Source: Desulfobacteraceae bacterium UBA2245
GTDB lineage: Bacteria; Desulfobacterota; Desulfobacteria; Desulfobacterales; UBA2245
DNA length: 64,000 nt
Reading direction: 5' to 3'
Assembly: GCA_002347265.1 (NCBI GenBank)
Contig: DDYB01000013.1
Coordinates: 207,359-271,358 of the forward strand
In this document: one piece after another, positions 30,599 through 40,720 of the stretch
How the letters are laid out: the number at the start of each line of letters is the position of its first letter
Position numbering within the stretch: the first letter of the stretch is position 1
Notes under the pieces: generated by a model
What the model was told of the DNA's origin: nothing
Seen by the model: the letters and a program-made list of their open reading frames with translations, nothing else
Databases searched by the model: none
Program-made: the position numbers and the translations under genes

Positions 30599-31300
30599 TC
30601 AGGATTCCGGCAGGTACCCGAGAATCGAAGTGCCTGCCTGCACCTTTTCTCCGATCCGGACCTTGAGCCGGGCATCCGCGGGCAAATAGACATCCAGCCG
30701 CGACCCGAAGCAGATCATTCCGAAGCGCTGACCCCGTTCCGGCGCATCTCCGATGCGAAGGCCGCAGATGATGCGCCGGGCGATCAGGCCGGCGATCTGA
30801 ACCACGGTGTACTTCGTTCCGCCGGGGGTCTTCATGAAAACCGCGTTGCGCTCGTTGTCCAGGGATGCCTTGTCCAGATTGGCGGAAACAAATTTGCCCG
30901 GATAATAGCGGATATCTTCCACCACGCCTTCATGAGGCATGCGGTTGACATGCACGTTGAAGACCGTCATGAAGATGCTCACCTTGATGCAGCGGCCTTC
31001 ATAATAAGAACTTCCGGCGATCTCCCCGGCCTCGATGATCTTTCCGTCCGCGGGCGACACCACCGCTGCGGCGTTGGTGGGAATGACGCGATCCGGATCT
31101 CTGAAAAAGCAGCAGATTCCGAATGCGGCCGCCAGGCCGATCAGGGATAGAATCTCCCAGCCCAGCAAGGCAAAAACCGCCGTCGCAAACGCGGCGGCGC
31201 CGATATAAGCATATCCGGGCCTGGCTATGGGAAAGGCGGTCTGGCTTGGCGGATCGGTCCAGGAAAATCGGTTCATCGGTTCCATCCTCTCTGAATTCAA
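30599..31300 (-). CDS. psd: phosphatidylserine decarboxylase family protein (short, membrane-anchored type)
   Basis: N-terminal TM helices and the proenzyme cleavage-type motif FGSRLDVYLP near the C-terminus. Confidence 0.75.
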   Translation of the reverse strand: MNSERMEPMNRFSWTDPPSQTAFPIARPGYAYIGAAAFATAVFALLGWEILSLIGLAAAFGICCFFRDPDRVIPTNAAAVVSPADGKIIEAGEIAGSSYYEGRCIKVSIFMTVFNVHVNRMPHEGVVEDIRYYPGKFVSANLDKASLDNERNAVFMKTPGGTKYTVVQIAGLIARRIICGLRIGDAPERGQRFGMICFGSRLDVYLPADARLKVRIGEKVQAGTSILGYLPES

Positions 31301-31343
31301 TCAAATCCACGGCATCAAATTACCCGTTGGCGCGTAGTGGATA

Positions 31344-32057
31344 TCAGAACCCCCCCAAGCTGTCAACGCGGACACCGGATTTTCGTTTCATTTCGGCCTC
31401 GGATTTGCGGATGTAACAGGGTTCGAAGCAGGCCAGATCATCCGCATCGCCGGCGCAAAGCCGGTCATGGGCCAGAATCGCCACGCAGGCCGCCCGTATC
31501 GCGTTATCGATCACTGACGCCATTCGAACGTTTTCACCCAGCGCACGGACGATCTCATCGGCGTAGGCAACGGCGCCGTCGCCGATGAACAGACAGGGTT
31601 CATGAATATCGGCAACAGCGGCAAGCGGAGCGCAAACCCTTTCGGGGCCCAGCTTTTGCATCCCGCCCTGTGAAAACCGGAACCTCGCCTCGTAGACCTC
31701 TCCCTTGCGCGCGTCCAGCAGTGCGCAAACCAGGCCGGGAAAATGAGAGGCCTGAAGGGCCAGCGCCTCCAGACTCGACACGCCGACCAGAGGTTTTCCC
31801 ATGGACAGGGCCAGGGCCTTGATCGTGCTGATTCCGATTCGAAGACCGGTAAAGCTTCCCGGGCCTCTGGAGACGGCAAATCCGTCGACGTTCGCAATTG
31901 CAACGCCGGAAAGACGCAGAATCTGATCGATCATCACCATCAGGTGCGTGGCATGGGTCCGTCCGTTGCCGCAGTTCCATTCGGCCACCAGCGCCCCGTC
32001 TTCCATCAAGGCTGCGCTGCAGGTCCTGGAAGCCGTATCCAGCGCCAGAATTCGCAT
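31344..32057 (-). CDS. tsaB: tRNA threonylcarbamoyladenosine biosynthesis protein TsaB
   Basis: MRILALDTASRTCSAAL...FAVSRGPGSFTGLRIG. Track start 32216 trimmed to ATG 32057. Confidence 0.85.
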   Translation of the reverse strand: MRILALDTASRTCSAALMEDGALVAEWNCGNGRTHATHLMVMIDQILRLSGVAIANVDGFAVSRGPGSFTGLRIGISTIKALALSMGKPLVGVSSLEALALQASHFPGLVCALLDARKGEVYEARFRFSQGGMQKLGPERVCAPLAAVADIHEPCLFIGDGAVAYADEIVRALGENVRMASVIDNAIRAACVAILAHDRLCAGDADDLACFEPCYIRKSEAEMKRKSGVRVDSLGGF

Positions 32058-32079
32058 AAGGTTCAATCTCGATCGAGGG

Positions 32080-34557
32080 TCAGGTTTTCTGAGCACCGCT
32101 TTCCGGACCCGCGTGTTCTTCCGTGCCGCCGTCCGGACCATCCTGTTTCTTTTTCTTTCGAAGCCGGGGTTTTTCACCCTCGACAGCCTCTTCCAGGGCG
32201 ATGGAAAGCACCTCATCCATGTTTTTGACCCGCACGAAGCGGATCTTTCGCTTGACGTTTGCAGGAATTTCCGAAAGATCCCGCTTGTTTTTCTCCGGAA
32301 TGATAATGGTGGTGATTCCCGCTCTCAGGGCGCCCAGGGCCTTTTCCTTGAGCCCTCCGATGGGCAGCACCCTTCCGCGAAGCGTGATTTCCCCGGTCAT
32401 GGCCACATCCTTGTTCACCGGCCTTCGGGTGAGGGCCGATATCAGGGCCGCGGCCATGGCGATTCCGGCCGAGGGTCCGTCCTTGGGAATGGCGCCGGCC
32501 GGCACGTGAATATGAACGTCGAGGTTCTCCAGAAAGTTTTCCTCCACGCCGAAGTCCTTCAGGTGAGAACGCGCATAGCTCAACGCCGCGCGGGCGGATT
32601 CCTGCATCACCTCGCCGATCTGACCGGTCAGAATCAGCTCGCCCTTGCCGGACAGCAGGGTCGCCTCCACATAGAGAACCTCGCCGCCGACCTGGGTCCA
32701 GGCCAGTCCGGTGGAAAGACCGATCTGGCTCTCTTCCTTGTCCATTTCCGGATAATACTGGGGAATTCCCAGGTATTTCTCCAGGTTGCTCCGGGTGACC
32801 GAAAAAGGTCCCTTCTCCCCTTCGGCAACCCTGCGCGCCACCTTCCGGCAGATCTTTCCGATCTCCCGCTCCAGATTTCTCAGGCCCGCCTCGGAGGTGT
32901 ACTCGTTGATGATCTGCGTCAGGACCCCGTTGCTGATCTGAAGCGTTTTAGGCTTCAAGCCGTGTTCCTTGATCTGCCGGGGAATCAGAAAGGTTTCGGC
33001 GATCTCGCGTTTTTCCTCCAGGGCATACCCGGAGAGGTTCAGCACTTCCATGCGGTCCAGAAGCGCCGAAGGAATCGTGTCCGTGACGTTGGCCGTCAGA
33101 ATGAACATCACGTCCGAAAGGTCGAAGGCAAGATTCAGATAATGATCGCTGAAAGAGTCGTTCTGCTCGGGATCCAGGGCCTCCAGAAGCGCCGAGGACG
33201 GATCTCCTCGGAAATCCGCGCCGAGCTTGTCGATCTCGTCCATCATAAAGACCGGATTCCGGGTGCCGCACTGCTTAAGTCCCTGAAGAATGCGGCCGGG
33301 CAGGGCGCCGATATACGTGCGGCGGTGACCCCGGATCTCCGCCTCGTCATGCACTCCGCCCAGGGAGATACGGACGAATTTCCGGTTCATGGCGCGGGCA
33401 ATGGCCTGCCCCAGGGAGGTTTTCCCCACGCCCGGAGGACCGGCAAAGCAAAGAATCTGCCCCTTCATTCTGGGATTGAGTTTTCGGACGCTGAGGTATT
33501 CCAGTATCCGGTCCTTTATCTTCTGAAGACCGTAGTGCTCCTTGTCGAGAATCTCCTTGGCCTTGGGAATATCGATGACGTCGCGGCTGGACTTGCTCCA
33601 GGGCATCTCGACCAGCCAGTCCAGGTAGGTGCGCACCACCGAGGACTCGGCGGAATCCGGATGCATCTGCTCCAGGCGCCGGAGCTGCTTTATGGCCTCC
33701 TCCTGGGCATATTTGGGCATCTTGGCCCGTTTGATCTTTTTTCTGTATTCTTCAACCTCCTGCGCTTTTTCATCCAGTTCGCCCAGCTCCCGGTGAATGG
33801 CCCGCATCTGCTCCCGCAGGAAATAATCCCGCTGGCTCTTGGAGATTTCGTCCTTGACGTTGGACTGAATTTTGGCCTGCATGGAGGACAGTTCCACCTC
33901 CCGCGACAGCAGATCGTTCACCTTCCGAAGGCGCTTCAACGGATCCGTCATCTCCAGAATCAGCTGAGAATCTTCAATCTTCAGCTTCATGTTGGACACC
34001 ACCAGATCGGCGAGTTTGCCGGGATCTTCGATGTTTTCCAGAATCGAACCCACGTCGATGTTCAACTCTCCGCGCAGCGCCAGAATCTTCTGGGAATGCT
34101 CCCGGACATTGCGCATGAGGGCTTCGATTTCCAGGTTCATCTCCGGAATCGGCTCATCCTGAATCAGCTCGACGCGGACCCGGTAAACGCTCTTTTTTCT
34201 CACGTAGGATAGAATTTTTGCCTTGGTGATTCCCTGAACCAGGACCTTGACGCGCCCGTCGGGCAGCTTGAACATCCTGAGAATACGGCTCACCGTGCCC
34301 ACCTCGAAAATTTCCTCGATCAGCGGACTTTCCGTGGCAGGATCTTTCTGCGTGGCCACCATCAGATAGCGGTCCTTGGTTATGGCCTCTTCCACGGCCC
34401 GAATCGATTTATCCCTGCCGACAAAAAGCGGAAGCAGCATATCGGTAAATATCACCACATCCCTGACCGGCAACAAGGGCAGGGTCGTGGGAATATCCAA
34501 ATCAATTTCCTGCTCTTCGATGATGCTGATCAGATCATCCCTGTCTGTTTCTGCCAT
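32080..34557 (-). CDS. lon: ATP-dependent protease Lon
   Basis: LON N-domain LPLLPVRDVVIF, Walker A GPPGVGKTS, protease Ser in PKDGPSAGIAM. Trimmed to ATG 34557. Confidence 0.95.
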   Translation of the reverse strand: MAETDRDDLISIIEEQEIDLDIPTTLPLLPVRDVVIFTDMLLPLFVGRDKSIRAVEEAITKDRYLMVATQKDPATESPLIEEIFEVGTVSRILRMFKLPDGRVKVLVQGITKAKILSYVRKKSVYRVRVELIQDEPIPEMNLEIEALMRNVREHSQKILALRGELNIDVGSILENIEDPGKLADLVVSNMKLKIEDSQLILEMTDPLKRLRKVNDLLSREVELSSMQAKIQSNVKDEISKSQRDYFLREQMRAIHRELGELDEKAQEVEEYRKKIKRAKMPKYAQEEAIKQLRRLEQMHPDSAESSVVRTYLDWLVEMPWSKSSRDVIDIPKAKEILDKEHYGLQKIKDRILEYLSVRKLNPRMKGQILCFAGPPGVGKTSLGQAIARAMNRKFVRISLGGVHDEAEIRGHRRTYIGALPGRILQGLKQCGTRNPVFMMDEIDKLGADFRGDPSSALLEALDPEQNDSFSDHYLNLAFDLSDVMFILTANVTDTIPSALLDRMEVLNLSGYALEEKREIAETFLIPRQIKEHGLKPKTLQISNGVLTQIINEYTSEAGLRNLEREIGKICRKVARRVAEGEKGPFSVTRSNLEKYLGIPQYYPEMDKEESQIGLSTGLAWTQVGGEVLYVEATLLSGKGELILTGQIGEVMQESARAALSYARSHLKDFGVEENFLENLDVHIHVPAGAIPKDGPSAGIAMAAALISALTRRPVNKDVAMTGEITLRGRVLPIGGLKEKALGALRAGITTIIIPEKNKRDLSEIPANVKRKIRFVRVKNMDEVLSIALEEAVEGEKPRLRKKKKQDGPDGGTEEHAGPESGAQKT

Positions 34558-34742
34558 TTTTTCTCCTGTTCCGATAAAATGCCTTCCCGGCAGCATAAAA
34601 AATTCCGCAAACCGGGAAAAGTGTCCAATTAAAATAAGATATATTTTTAATTCCGCAATATCAATCTTGATTTTTTTCCACGCACCGCCTTAATATGCAA
34701 AATCAGTTGAACTTTCATAAACGATCAAAGCAGGACTGGGGC

Positions 34743-35513
34743 ATGCCGGAAGCAATATTGATCGGATTCTTATTTATCGTGAGTTTGTGTCTGGGAAGCT
34801 TTCTGAATGTATGCATCTGGCGCATCCCTACCTCTCAATCCATTGTCCTGCCCGGGTCCATGTGCCCTTCCTGCAAACACCCCATTCAATTCTATGACAA
34901 CATTCCGGTGATCAGTTTTCTGATACTCAGGGGCCGGTGCCGCGGATGCGGCGCATCGATCTCCGTCAGATATCCGCTGGTGGAACTGGCGACCGGAGGC
35001 CTGGCGCTTGGCACCTATTTCAAATTCGGCATCAGCATCGAGGCGCTGATCGCCTTTGGTTTTATCTGCATGCTGCTGGTGGTGGCCCTGATCGACATCG
35101 ACCATCGAATCATTCCGGACATCATCTCGCTTCCGGCCATTCCGGCCGGCTTTATCGCCTCCTTTTTTCTAAGCTCACTGTCCTGGACAGACTCCCTGCT
35201 GGGCATCCTGTCCGGCGGCGGCATTCTTCTGGCCGTTGCCTGGCTGTATTACCGGATCACCGGCAAGGAAGGCATGGGCGGAGGCGACGTCAAGCTGCTG
35301 GCCGCCATCGGCGCGTTCACCGGCTGGCAGGGCGTGATTTTTACCGTTTTTGTCTCATCGCTGGCCGGCAGCATCAGCGGATTCATTCTCATGGCCCGCA
35401 GCGGAAAAACCATGAAAATGGCCATCCCCTTCGGTCCGTTTCTCTCTCTCGGAGCGGTCATCTTTGTTTTCTGGGGGCAGGAACTGATTCGCTGGTATTT
35501 CCGGTTGTTTTAA
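34743..35513 (+). CDS. pilD: prepilin peptidase (A24 family, type IV leader peptidase/N-methyltransferase)
   Basis: Zn-binding CPSCKHPI...RGRCRGCG, a polytopic membrane body, and GGGDVKLLAAIG (second catalytic Asp). Confidence 0.85.
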   Translation: MPEAILIGFLFIVSLCLGSFLNVCIWRIPTSQSIVLPGSMCPSCKHPIQFYDNIPVISFLILRGRCRGCGASISVRYPLVELATGGLALGTYFKFGISIEALIAFGFICMLLVVALIDIDHRIIPDIISLPAIPAGFIASFFLSSLSWTDSLLGILSGGGILLAVAWLYYRITGKEGMGGGDVKLLAAIGAFTGWQGVIFTVFVSSLAGSISGFILMARSGKTMKMAIPFGPFLSLGAVIFVFWGQELIRWYFRLF

Positions 35514-35664
35514 GGGCAAAGGTCCCCTGCATTCGTCTTAGACGCCGGATCGAACAATCCACCTGAGCCGGAAACTTTTGCCTGCAACCCGAAACGGCGC
35601 AAACGCGTCATGATTGACCGCCCGGTTCCGAATCATTCCGTGGAGCATTTTGCAGGAGAAATGT

Positions 35665-36390
35665 ATGCGGCTTGCCGTCATCTCGGACATTCACGGCAAC
35701 TTGGAGGCCCTTGAGCAGGTGCTGGCCGACATCGACCGCTCCGGCGTGGATGAAACCGTGTGCCTGGGAGATATGATCGGATACGGACCGGATCCGCGGG
35801 CCGTGATCGGACGCGTTCAAAAGCGGGAAATTCCCTGCGTGGCGGGCAATCATGAGCTTGCCGTTATTGACCCGGCATGCATGCTCGAAATGAATCTTTA
35901 CGCCCGGATTTCCCTGGAATTCACCCGCGGCATGCTTAGCGGGAAGGACCTGGACTTCATCCGGCGGCTGCCGCCCTTTCTGGTTCTGCACGAATGCCGT
36001 TTTGTTCACGGATTTCCCCCGGACAGCCCCATTGAGTATCTTTCACGGATTCCTCAGAACCGCATGCGGCAGGTCATGGGCCGGATGACCGAAAACATCT
36101 GTTTTGTCGGCCACACCCACCTGCTGGGCCGGGTCGAATTCGACGGAACCGACCTGAAACGCACCGGATTCAAAGGCGACCCCCTTTTTCTCAAGCAAAA
36201 CCTGCGTTATATCGTCAACGCGGGCAGCGTCGGCCAGCCCCGGGATCCGGACAAACGCGCCAAATACGTGATATGGGATACGAAAACGAAAACGGTAGAG
36301 CCCCGTTATGTCGACTACGACCGTCGAAAGACAGCCGGAAAGATCCGCGACGCCGGTCTTCCGGAGATCCATGCGCATCTTCTCCTTTAG
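35665..36390 (+). CDS. metallophosphoesterase family protein
   Basis: MRLAVISDIHGN, GDMIGYGPD, GNHE and GHTH motifs. AGGAG RBS upstream of ATG 35665. Confidence 0.75.
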   Translation: MRLAVISDIHGNLEALEQVLADIDRSGVDETVCLGDMIGYGPDPRAVIGRVQKREIPCVAGNHELAVIDPACMLEMNLYARISLEFTRGMLSGKDLDFIRRLPPFLVLHECRFVHGFPPDSPIEYLSRIPQNRMRQVMGRMTENICFVGHTHLLGRVEFDGTDLKRTGFKGDPLFLKQNLRYIVNAGSVGQPRDPDKRAKYVIWDTKTKTVEPRYVDYDRRKTAGKIRDAGLPEIHAHLLL

Positions 36391-36421
36391 AATGTAAAAG
36401 CGCCGAGAAAGGAATCCGTTC

Positions 36422-37522
36422 ATGAAATTCACCCTTCCCTCCTACCTCCCTCCGGACTTCAGCGGCAGGATCCTAGCCGCGGCCCAGCCGGCCCGGTTTG
36501 AAACCGTGACGCAGGCCGGAGTAGCGCCGAAGGGATATCACGCCACCTCGATTTTTCCCGAATATTTTCAGGTTGAAAAAGGGCGCTGGATACTGGCCGA
36601 AAATTCCCGCATGGACTGCGCGGCCGTGCTGGAAAGCGACCGGTCCATTTCGGTGAAGGAACTGCGCCGTCTTGAAATCGGCGACCGGGTCGCCTGCGGC
36701 CGCAGGGAAAACGGAGAAGAAGGGATGCTGGTTCATGCGCAGGCCTTTGAACTTCGTGAGAATTGGAGCGACAAGTTCGTGTTCCGGTCCCACCTGACCC
36801 GGGAGACCTCCTTTTCGATCGATTACGACGAACTGTACGCCCTGCTGGATCATGAGCGCGACCACGGATTCATCCTCTGGGTTCTGGGACCGGCCGTGGT
36901 GTTTGACCAGGACGCCAGAAAGGCGTTTGTCCGCCTGATTCAGCGCGGCTATGCGCAGGGGCTTCTTGCGGGAAACGCCCTGGCCACGCACGATCTGGAG
37001 GGAGCGCTTTACGGAACCGCCCTGGGCCAGGAGATCTACTCCAAAAAACGCGCGGCCCTGGGCCATTACAATCACCTGGATACCCTGAACCGCATCCGGG
37101 GTCTGGGTTCGATTGAATCGGCCGTTTCCTCCGGCCTGATTCAGGACGGGATCATGCACGCGGTCATCGGCAACCGTATCCCTTATGTGCTGGCCGGATC
37201 CATCCGGGACGACGGCCCGCTTCCCGAGGTGATCGCCGATGTCTGCCAGGCTCAGGACCGGATGCGCGATCTGGCGCAAAAAGCCACCACGGTCATCGCC
37301 CTGGCCACCCAGCTGCATGCGATCGCCACGGGCAACATGGTTCCGTGCTACCATGTCGAACCCGGCGGCCGGGTGCGGCCCGTGTATTTTTATGTGGTGG
37401 ACATGTCGGAGTTCGCCGTCAGCAAGCTCGCGGACCGGGGGTCGCTGACCGTGCGTTCGATTCTGACCAATGTTCAGGATTTTGTCGTCACCGTGGAGCG
37501 GGGGCTTCGGCGCGACCCGTGA
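36422..37522 (+). CDS. TIGR00300 / LOR-SDH-like family protein (possible archaeal-type ornithine cyclodeaminase relative)
   Basis: From memory, PYVLAGSIRDDGPLPEVI and ...DRGS...ILTNVQDF resemble the conserved core of this family. This has not been verified. Confidence 0.4.
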   Translation: MKFTLPSYLPPDFSGRILAAAQPARFETVTQAGVAPKGYHATSIFPEYFQVEKGRWILAENSRMDCAAVLESDRSISVKELRRLEIGDRVACGRRENGEEGMLVHAQAFELRENWSDKFVFRSHLTRETSFSIDYDELYALLDHERDHGFILWVLGPAVVFDQDARKAFVRLIQRGYAQGLLAGNALATHDLEGALYGTALGQEIYSKKRAALGHYNHLDTLNRIRGLGSIESAVSSGLIQDGIMHAVIGNRIPYVLAGSIRDDGPLPEVIADVCQAQDRMRDLAQKATTVIALATQLHAIATGNMVPCYHVEPGGRVRPVYFYVVDMSEFAVSKLADRGSLTVRSILTNVQDFVVTVERGLRRDP

Positions 37523-38450
37523 TCCGGGTTCCGGCGGACCCCAGAACCGCCGCCTCGATCCGGTCCAGGGAGGCAATGACCGCGCGTTTCCCCCCGAAAC
37601 GGATAAATTCCACGGCCGCCTCGATCTTGGGCCCCATCGAGCCTTGCGGAAACTGCCCCTGAGCCAGGAATTGTTCGGCCTGATCCAGACTGAGTTCGGG
37701 CAGAAACCGCTCCGAAGGCTTTCCGTAATTAAGGGCAACGCCCGGCACGTCGGTGGCCATCACAAAGATCTCCACTCCCACCTCCCGGGCCAGCCTGGCG
37801 CTGGCCAGGTCCTTGTCGATCACCGCATTCACCCCGCAGAAAGACCGGCCCTCCCGGATCACGGGAATTCCGCCGCCGCCGCAGCAGATCACGATAAAGT
37901 CCATCTCGATCAGGGCTCGAATCTCGGCTTTTTCCACGATGGTTTTCGGCCGGGGCGAGACCACCACGCGCCGGAACCCGCCGTGAATCTTTCGAACCGG
38001 ATAGGGAAGACCCTGAGCCTCTTTTTCGGTCAATACCGGGCCAATGGGCTTGGAAGGGTTTAAAAACGCCGGATCCTTTTCATCCACCACCACATAGCTG
38101 ATCAGGCTGACGATTTTTTGATCCGAAATACCCAGCCCCATGAGCTCGCTGTCCAGGGTCGATTCGATCATGTAACCGATCTGGCCCTGGGTCTGGGCCA
38201 CCAGAATCTCCAGGGGCAGCCGGCCGGCCCCGGCGCAGCGCTCCTCCTTGAGCAGCAGGTCTCCGACCTGAGGACCGTTCCCGTGGGTGATGATGATGTG
38301 ATAGGCCTTGGAAAGCCTTGCGATCTGCCGCATCGGCACTCTGAGATTTTCAAGCTGCTCGCCGATGGTTCCGGTCTGCCCTTTCCGAATCAGGGCGTTT
38401 CCGCCCAGGGCGACGAGCAGAATGGGCTTCGTCAGGTTTTGCGACCGCAT
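37488..38450 (-). CDS. arcC: carbamate kinase
   Basis: LVALGGNAL...ITHGNGPQVG...CGGGGIPV motifs. Trimmed to ATG 38450. The 3' end overlaps the convergent gene by 35 nt. Confidence 0.85.
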   Translation of the reverse strand: MRSQNLTKPILLVALGGNALIRKGQTGTIGEQLENLRVPMRQIARLSKAYHIIITHGNGPQVGDLLLKEERCAGAGRLPLEILVAQTQGQIGYMIESTLDSELMGLGISDQKIVSLISYVVVDEKDPAFLNPSKPIGPVLTEKEAQGLPYPVRKIHGGFRRVVVSPRPKTIVEKAEIRALIEMDFIVICCGGGGIPVIREGRSFCGVNAVIDKDLASARLAREVGVEIFVMATDVPGVALNYGKPSERFLPELSLDQAEQFLAQGQFPQGSMGPKIEAAVEFIRFGGKRAVIASLDRIEAAVLGSAGTRITGRAEAPAPR

Positions 38451-38540
38451 ATGACAACCTCTCAAAGAAGATGGGCGCGTAAAAGTCAAAGCGGCAGAGG
38501 AATGCAGCGCAACACGGAAATTGGACTTTTTACGAAGCCG

Positions 38541-39866
38541 TCATTTTTTCAGGTTTTCCATTCGCCGCAGCAGCGTCTCTTCCAGCGTGGGATTGCCATG
38601 ATCCCTGTATTCGTAAAACACCCGCAGGCTGGGCTTGTTCAAAGACACGATGCGGGTGAGCTGAATGGGTGTTGCAAAAAGCACCAGATCGCACTCCGCC
38701 GCATTGATGGTGTTCTGAAGATCCTCGATCTGGCGGCGGGAATAGCCCGTGGCCGGCAGCACCGTATCGATGTGGGGATAGTTGCGCAGGGTTTCCCGAA
38801 TCGATCCCACGGCATAGGGCCTTGGATCGACGAGCTGGGCGGCGCCGTACAGATCGGCGGCGATGGCGCCGGCGCCGAATGCCATTTCGCCATGGGTCAG
38901 GGTCGGCCCGTCTTCCACCACCAGAACCCGCTTTCCGCGGATCAATTCGGGCTGGCTGACCAGAACGGAGGATTCGGCCAGCACGATGTCCGCGCGCGGC
39001 GCAAAGGTCTCGATGTTGCGCTTCACCATTTCGACCTTGTGCGGCGGAGCCGTGTCCACCTTGTTGATCACGGCGATATCGGCCATCAGCATGTTGGTTT
39101 CCCCCGGATAATACCGGCGTTCATGCCCGGCCCGGTGCGGATCGAACAGAACGATATGCACATCGGGATAAAAAAACGGGGTGTCGTTGTTGCCCCCGTC
39201 CCAGACGATCACATCCGCCTCGGCTTCCGCGGCGCCCAGTATTTTTTCGTAATCCACGCCCGCGTACACCACGATGCCCTGATCCACCAGGGGCTCGTAC
39301 TCCTCGCGCTCCTCAATGGTGCATCGGTGGGCTTCAAAATCCCTGTAGTCTGAAAATCTTTGAATTACCTGGGTTTTCAGATCCCCGTAGGGCATGGGAT
39401 GGCGCACGACGACCACCTGCTTTCCTTGAGCGCGCATGATCTCGCAGACCCTGCGGGTGGTCGGCGATTTTCCGCAGCCGGTGCGGACCGCGCACACGGC
39501 AATCACCGGTTTGAAGGACCGGAGCATGGTACAGGCGGCGCCCATGAGAATGAAATCCGCCCCCTCGGCCATGGCGATGGACGCCTTGTGCATGACCTCC
39601 TCGTGGGGCACGTCGCTGTAGGAAAAGACCACGAGATCCACGGCATGTTTCCGGATCAGACCGGCCAGGTCGCTTTCGGGATAAATGGAAATTCCTTCGG
39701 GATAGTCGGCGCCGGCCAGTTCAGGCGGATACAGCCGGCCGGCGATGTCCGGAATCTGCGCGGCGGTGAAGGCCGCCACCCGGTATCGGGCATTGCCCTT
39801 GAAGTACACGTTGAAATTGTGAAAATCCCGGCCCGCAGCCCCCATGATGATCACGTTTTCAACCAT
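38541..39866 (-). CDS. COG2403-type predicted GTPase (cyclic 2,3-diphosphoglycerate synthetase-like family)
   Basis: N-terminal IIMGAAGRDFHNFN and an internal CAVRTGCGKSPTTR P-loop-like segment. The family assignment is from memory. Confidence 0.45.
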   Translation of the reverse strand: MVENVIIMGAAGRDFHNFNVYFKGNARYRVAAFTAAQIPDIAGRLYPPELAGADYPEGISIYPESDLAGLIRKHAVDLVVFSYSDVPHEEVMHKASIAMAEGADFILMGAACTMLRSFKPVIAVCAVRTGCGKSPTTRRVCEIMRAQGKQVVVVRHPMPYGDLKTQVIQRFSDYRDFEAHRCTIEEREEYEPLVDQGIVVYAGVDYEKILGAAEAEADVIVWDGGNNDTPFFYPDVHIVLFDPHRAGHERRYYPGETNMLMADIAVINKVDTAPPHKVEMVKRNIETFAPRADIVLAESSVLVSQPELIRGKRVLVVEDGPTLTHGEMAFGAGAIAADLYGAAQLVDPRPYAVGSIRETLRNYPHIDTVLPATGYSRRQIEDLQNTINAAECDLVLFATPIQLTRIVSLNKPSLRVFYEYRDHGNPTLEETLLRRMENLKK

Positions 39867-39976
39867 GCCCGCACTCCGAAATCCCAATCGCCCTTATTTA
39901 AAGAATCCTGCGTTTGGATATGGTAGCGCAATCCGCAGGATTCGGCAATGCCTGCGCATTCGAAACCTTGCCTGCC

Positions 39977-40720
39977 TCAGGTTTCAGCCGGGTTCATCCC
40001 GAGAATCTGGGAAACCGCCTCCGCTGCCGCGCGCAATCCGAAAATGGCCGGCATATGACAGATGCTGCCGATCGGCGCGCGGGAACGTCCTGTGTCCGAA
40101 GGTTCCCAATCCTCATCCGGAACCGGGAGTTTGTTCAGGGCGGACTCCGTGGAAAATACGCACCGAATGCCGGTGCGGACGCCGAAACGCTGAAGTTTTT
40201 TTCGAATGATCCGGGCCAGCGGGCACACCCGGGTCCGGGAAAGATCCGCGACCATCACGGCCGACGGGTCCAGGCGCGCGGCCGCCCCCATGCTGGAGAT
40301 CACGGCAAGGTTCATGGATACGGCCTCTCTGAGCAGATCCACCTTGGAGTCCACCACGTCGATGGCGTCGATGATCACATCGGGCCGGCAGGCAAGCTCG
40401 TCGCGCACATTGCCGCCGTCGACAAACACATGGCGCACCTCAACACGGCATTGAGGATTGATATCCAGGACCCGGCGGCGGGCGACCTCGGTCTTGGCCA
40501 TTCCGATGGTGGATTCCAGGGCAAAGAGCTGGCGGTTGAGATTGCTCGGGGAAACCACATCAAAATCCACCAGGGTCAGACGGCCGACCGCGCTTCGGGC
40601 CAGGGCCTCCACCGCATAGGAACCCACGGCGCCAAGGCCGATGACGGCCACGTGCGACCCGGCCAGGACGGCGGTGCGCTCGGTTCCGATCAGCTGCTCC
40701 AGGCGTGCAAAACGTCTCAT
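39977..40720 (-). CDS. tcdA: tRNA threonylcarbamoyladenosine dehydratase (ThiF/E1-like)
   Basis: VAVIGLGAVGSYAVEALARSAVGRLTLVDFDVVSPSNLNRQ. Confidence 0.8.
   Translation of the reverse strand: MRRFARLEQLIGTERTAVLAGSHVAVIGLGAVGSYAVEALARSAVGRLTLVDFDVVSPSNLNRQLFALESTIGMAKTEVARRRVLDINPQCRVEVRHVFVDGGNVRDELACRPDVIIDAIDVVDSKVDLLREAVSMNLAVISSMGAAARLDPSAVMVADLSRTRVCPLARIIRKKLQRFGVRTGIRCVFSTESALNKLPVPDEDWEPSDTGRSRAPIGSICHMPAIFGLRAAAEAVSQILGMNPAET

Noticed and set aside
31948-34212. 754-aa ORF on the + strand
   Set aside because: It is antisense to lon (and tsaB). It is low-complexity and G/R/L/H-rich. Lon on the other strand has all its motifs.
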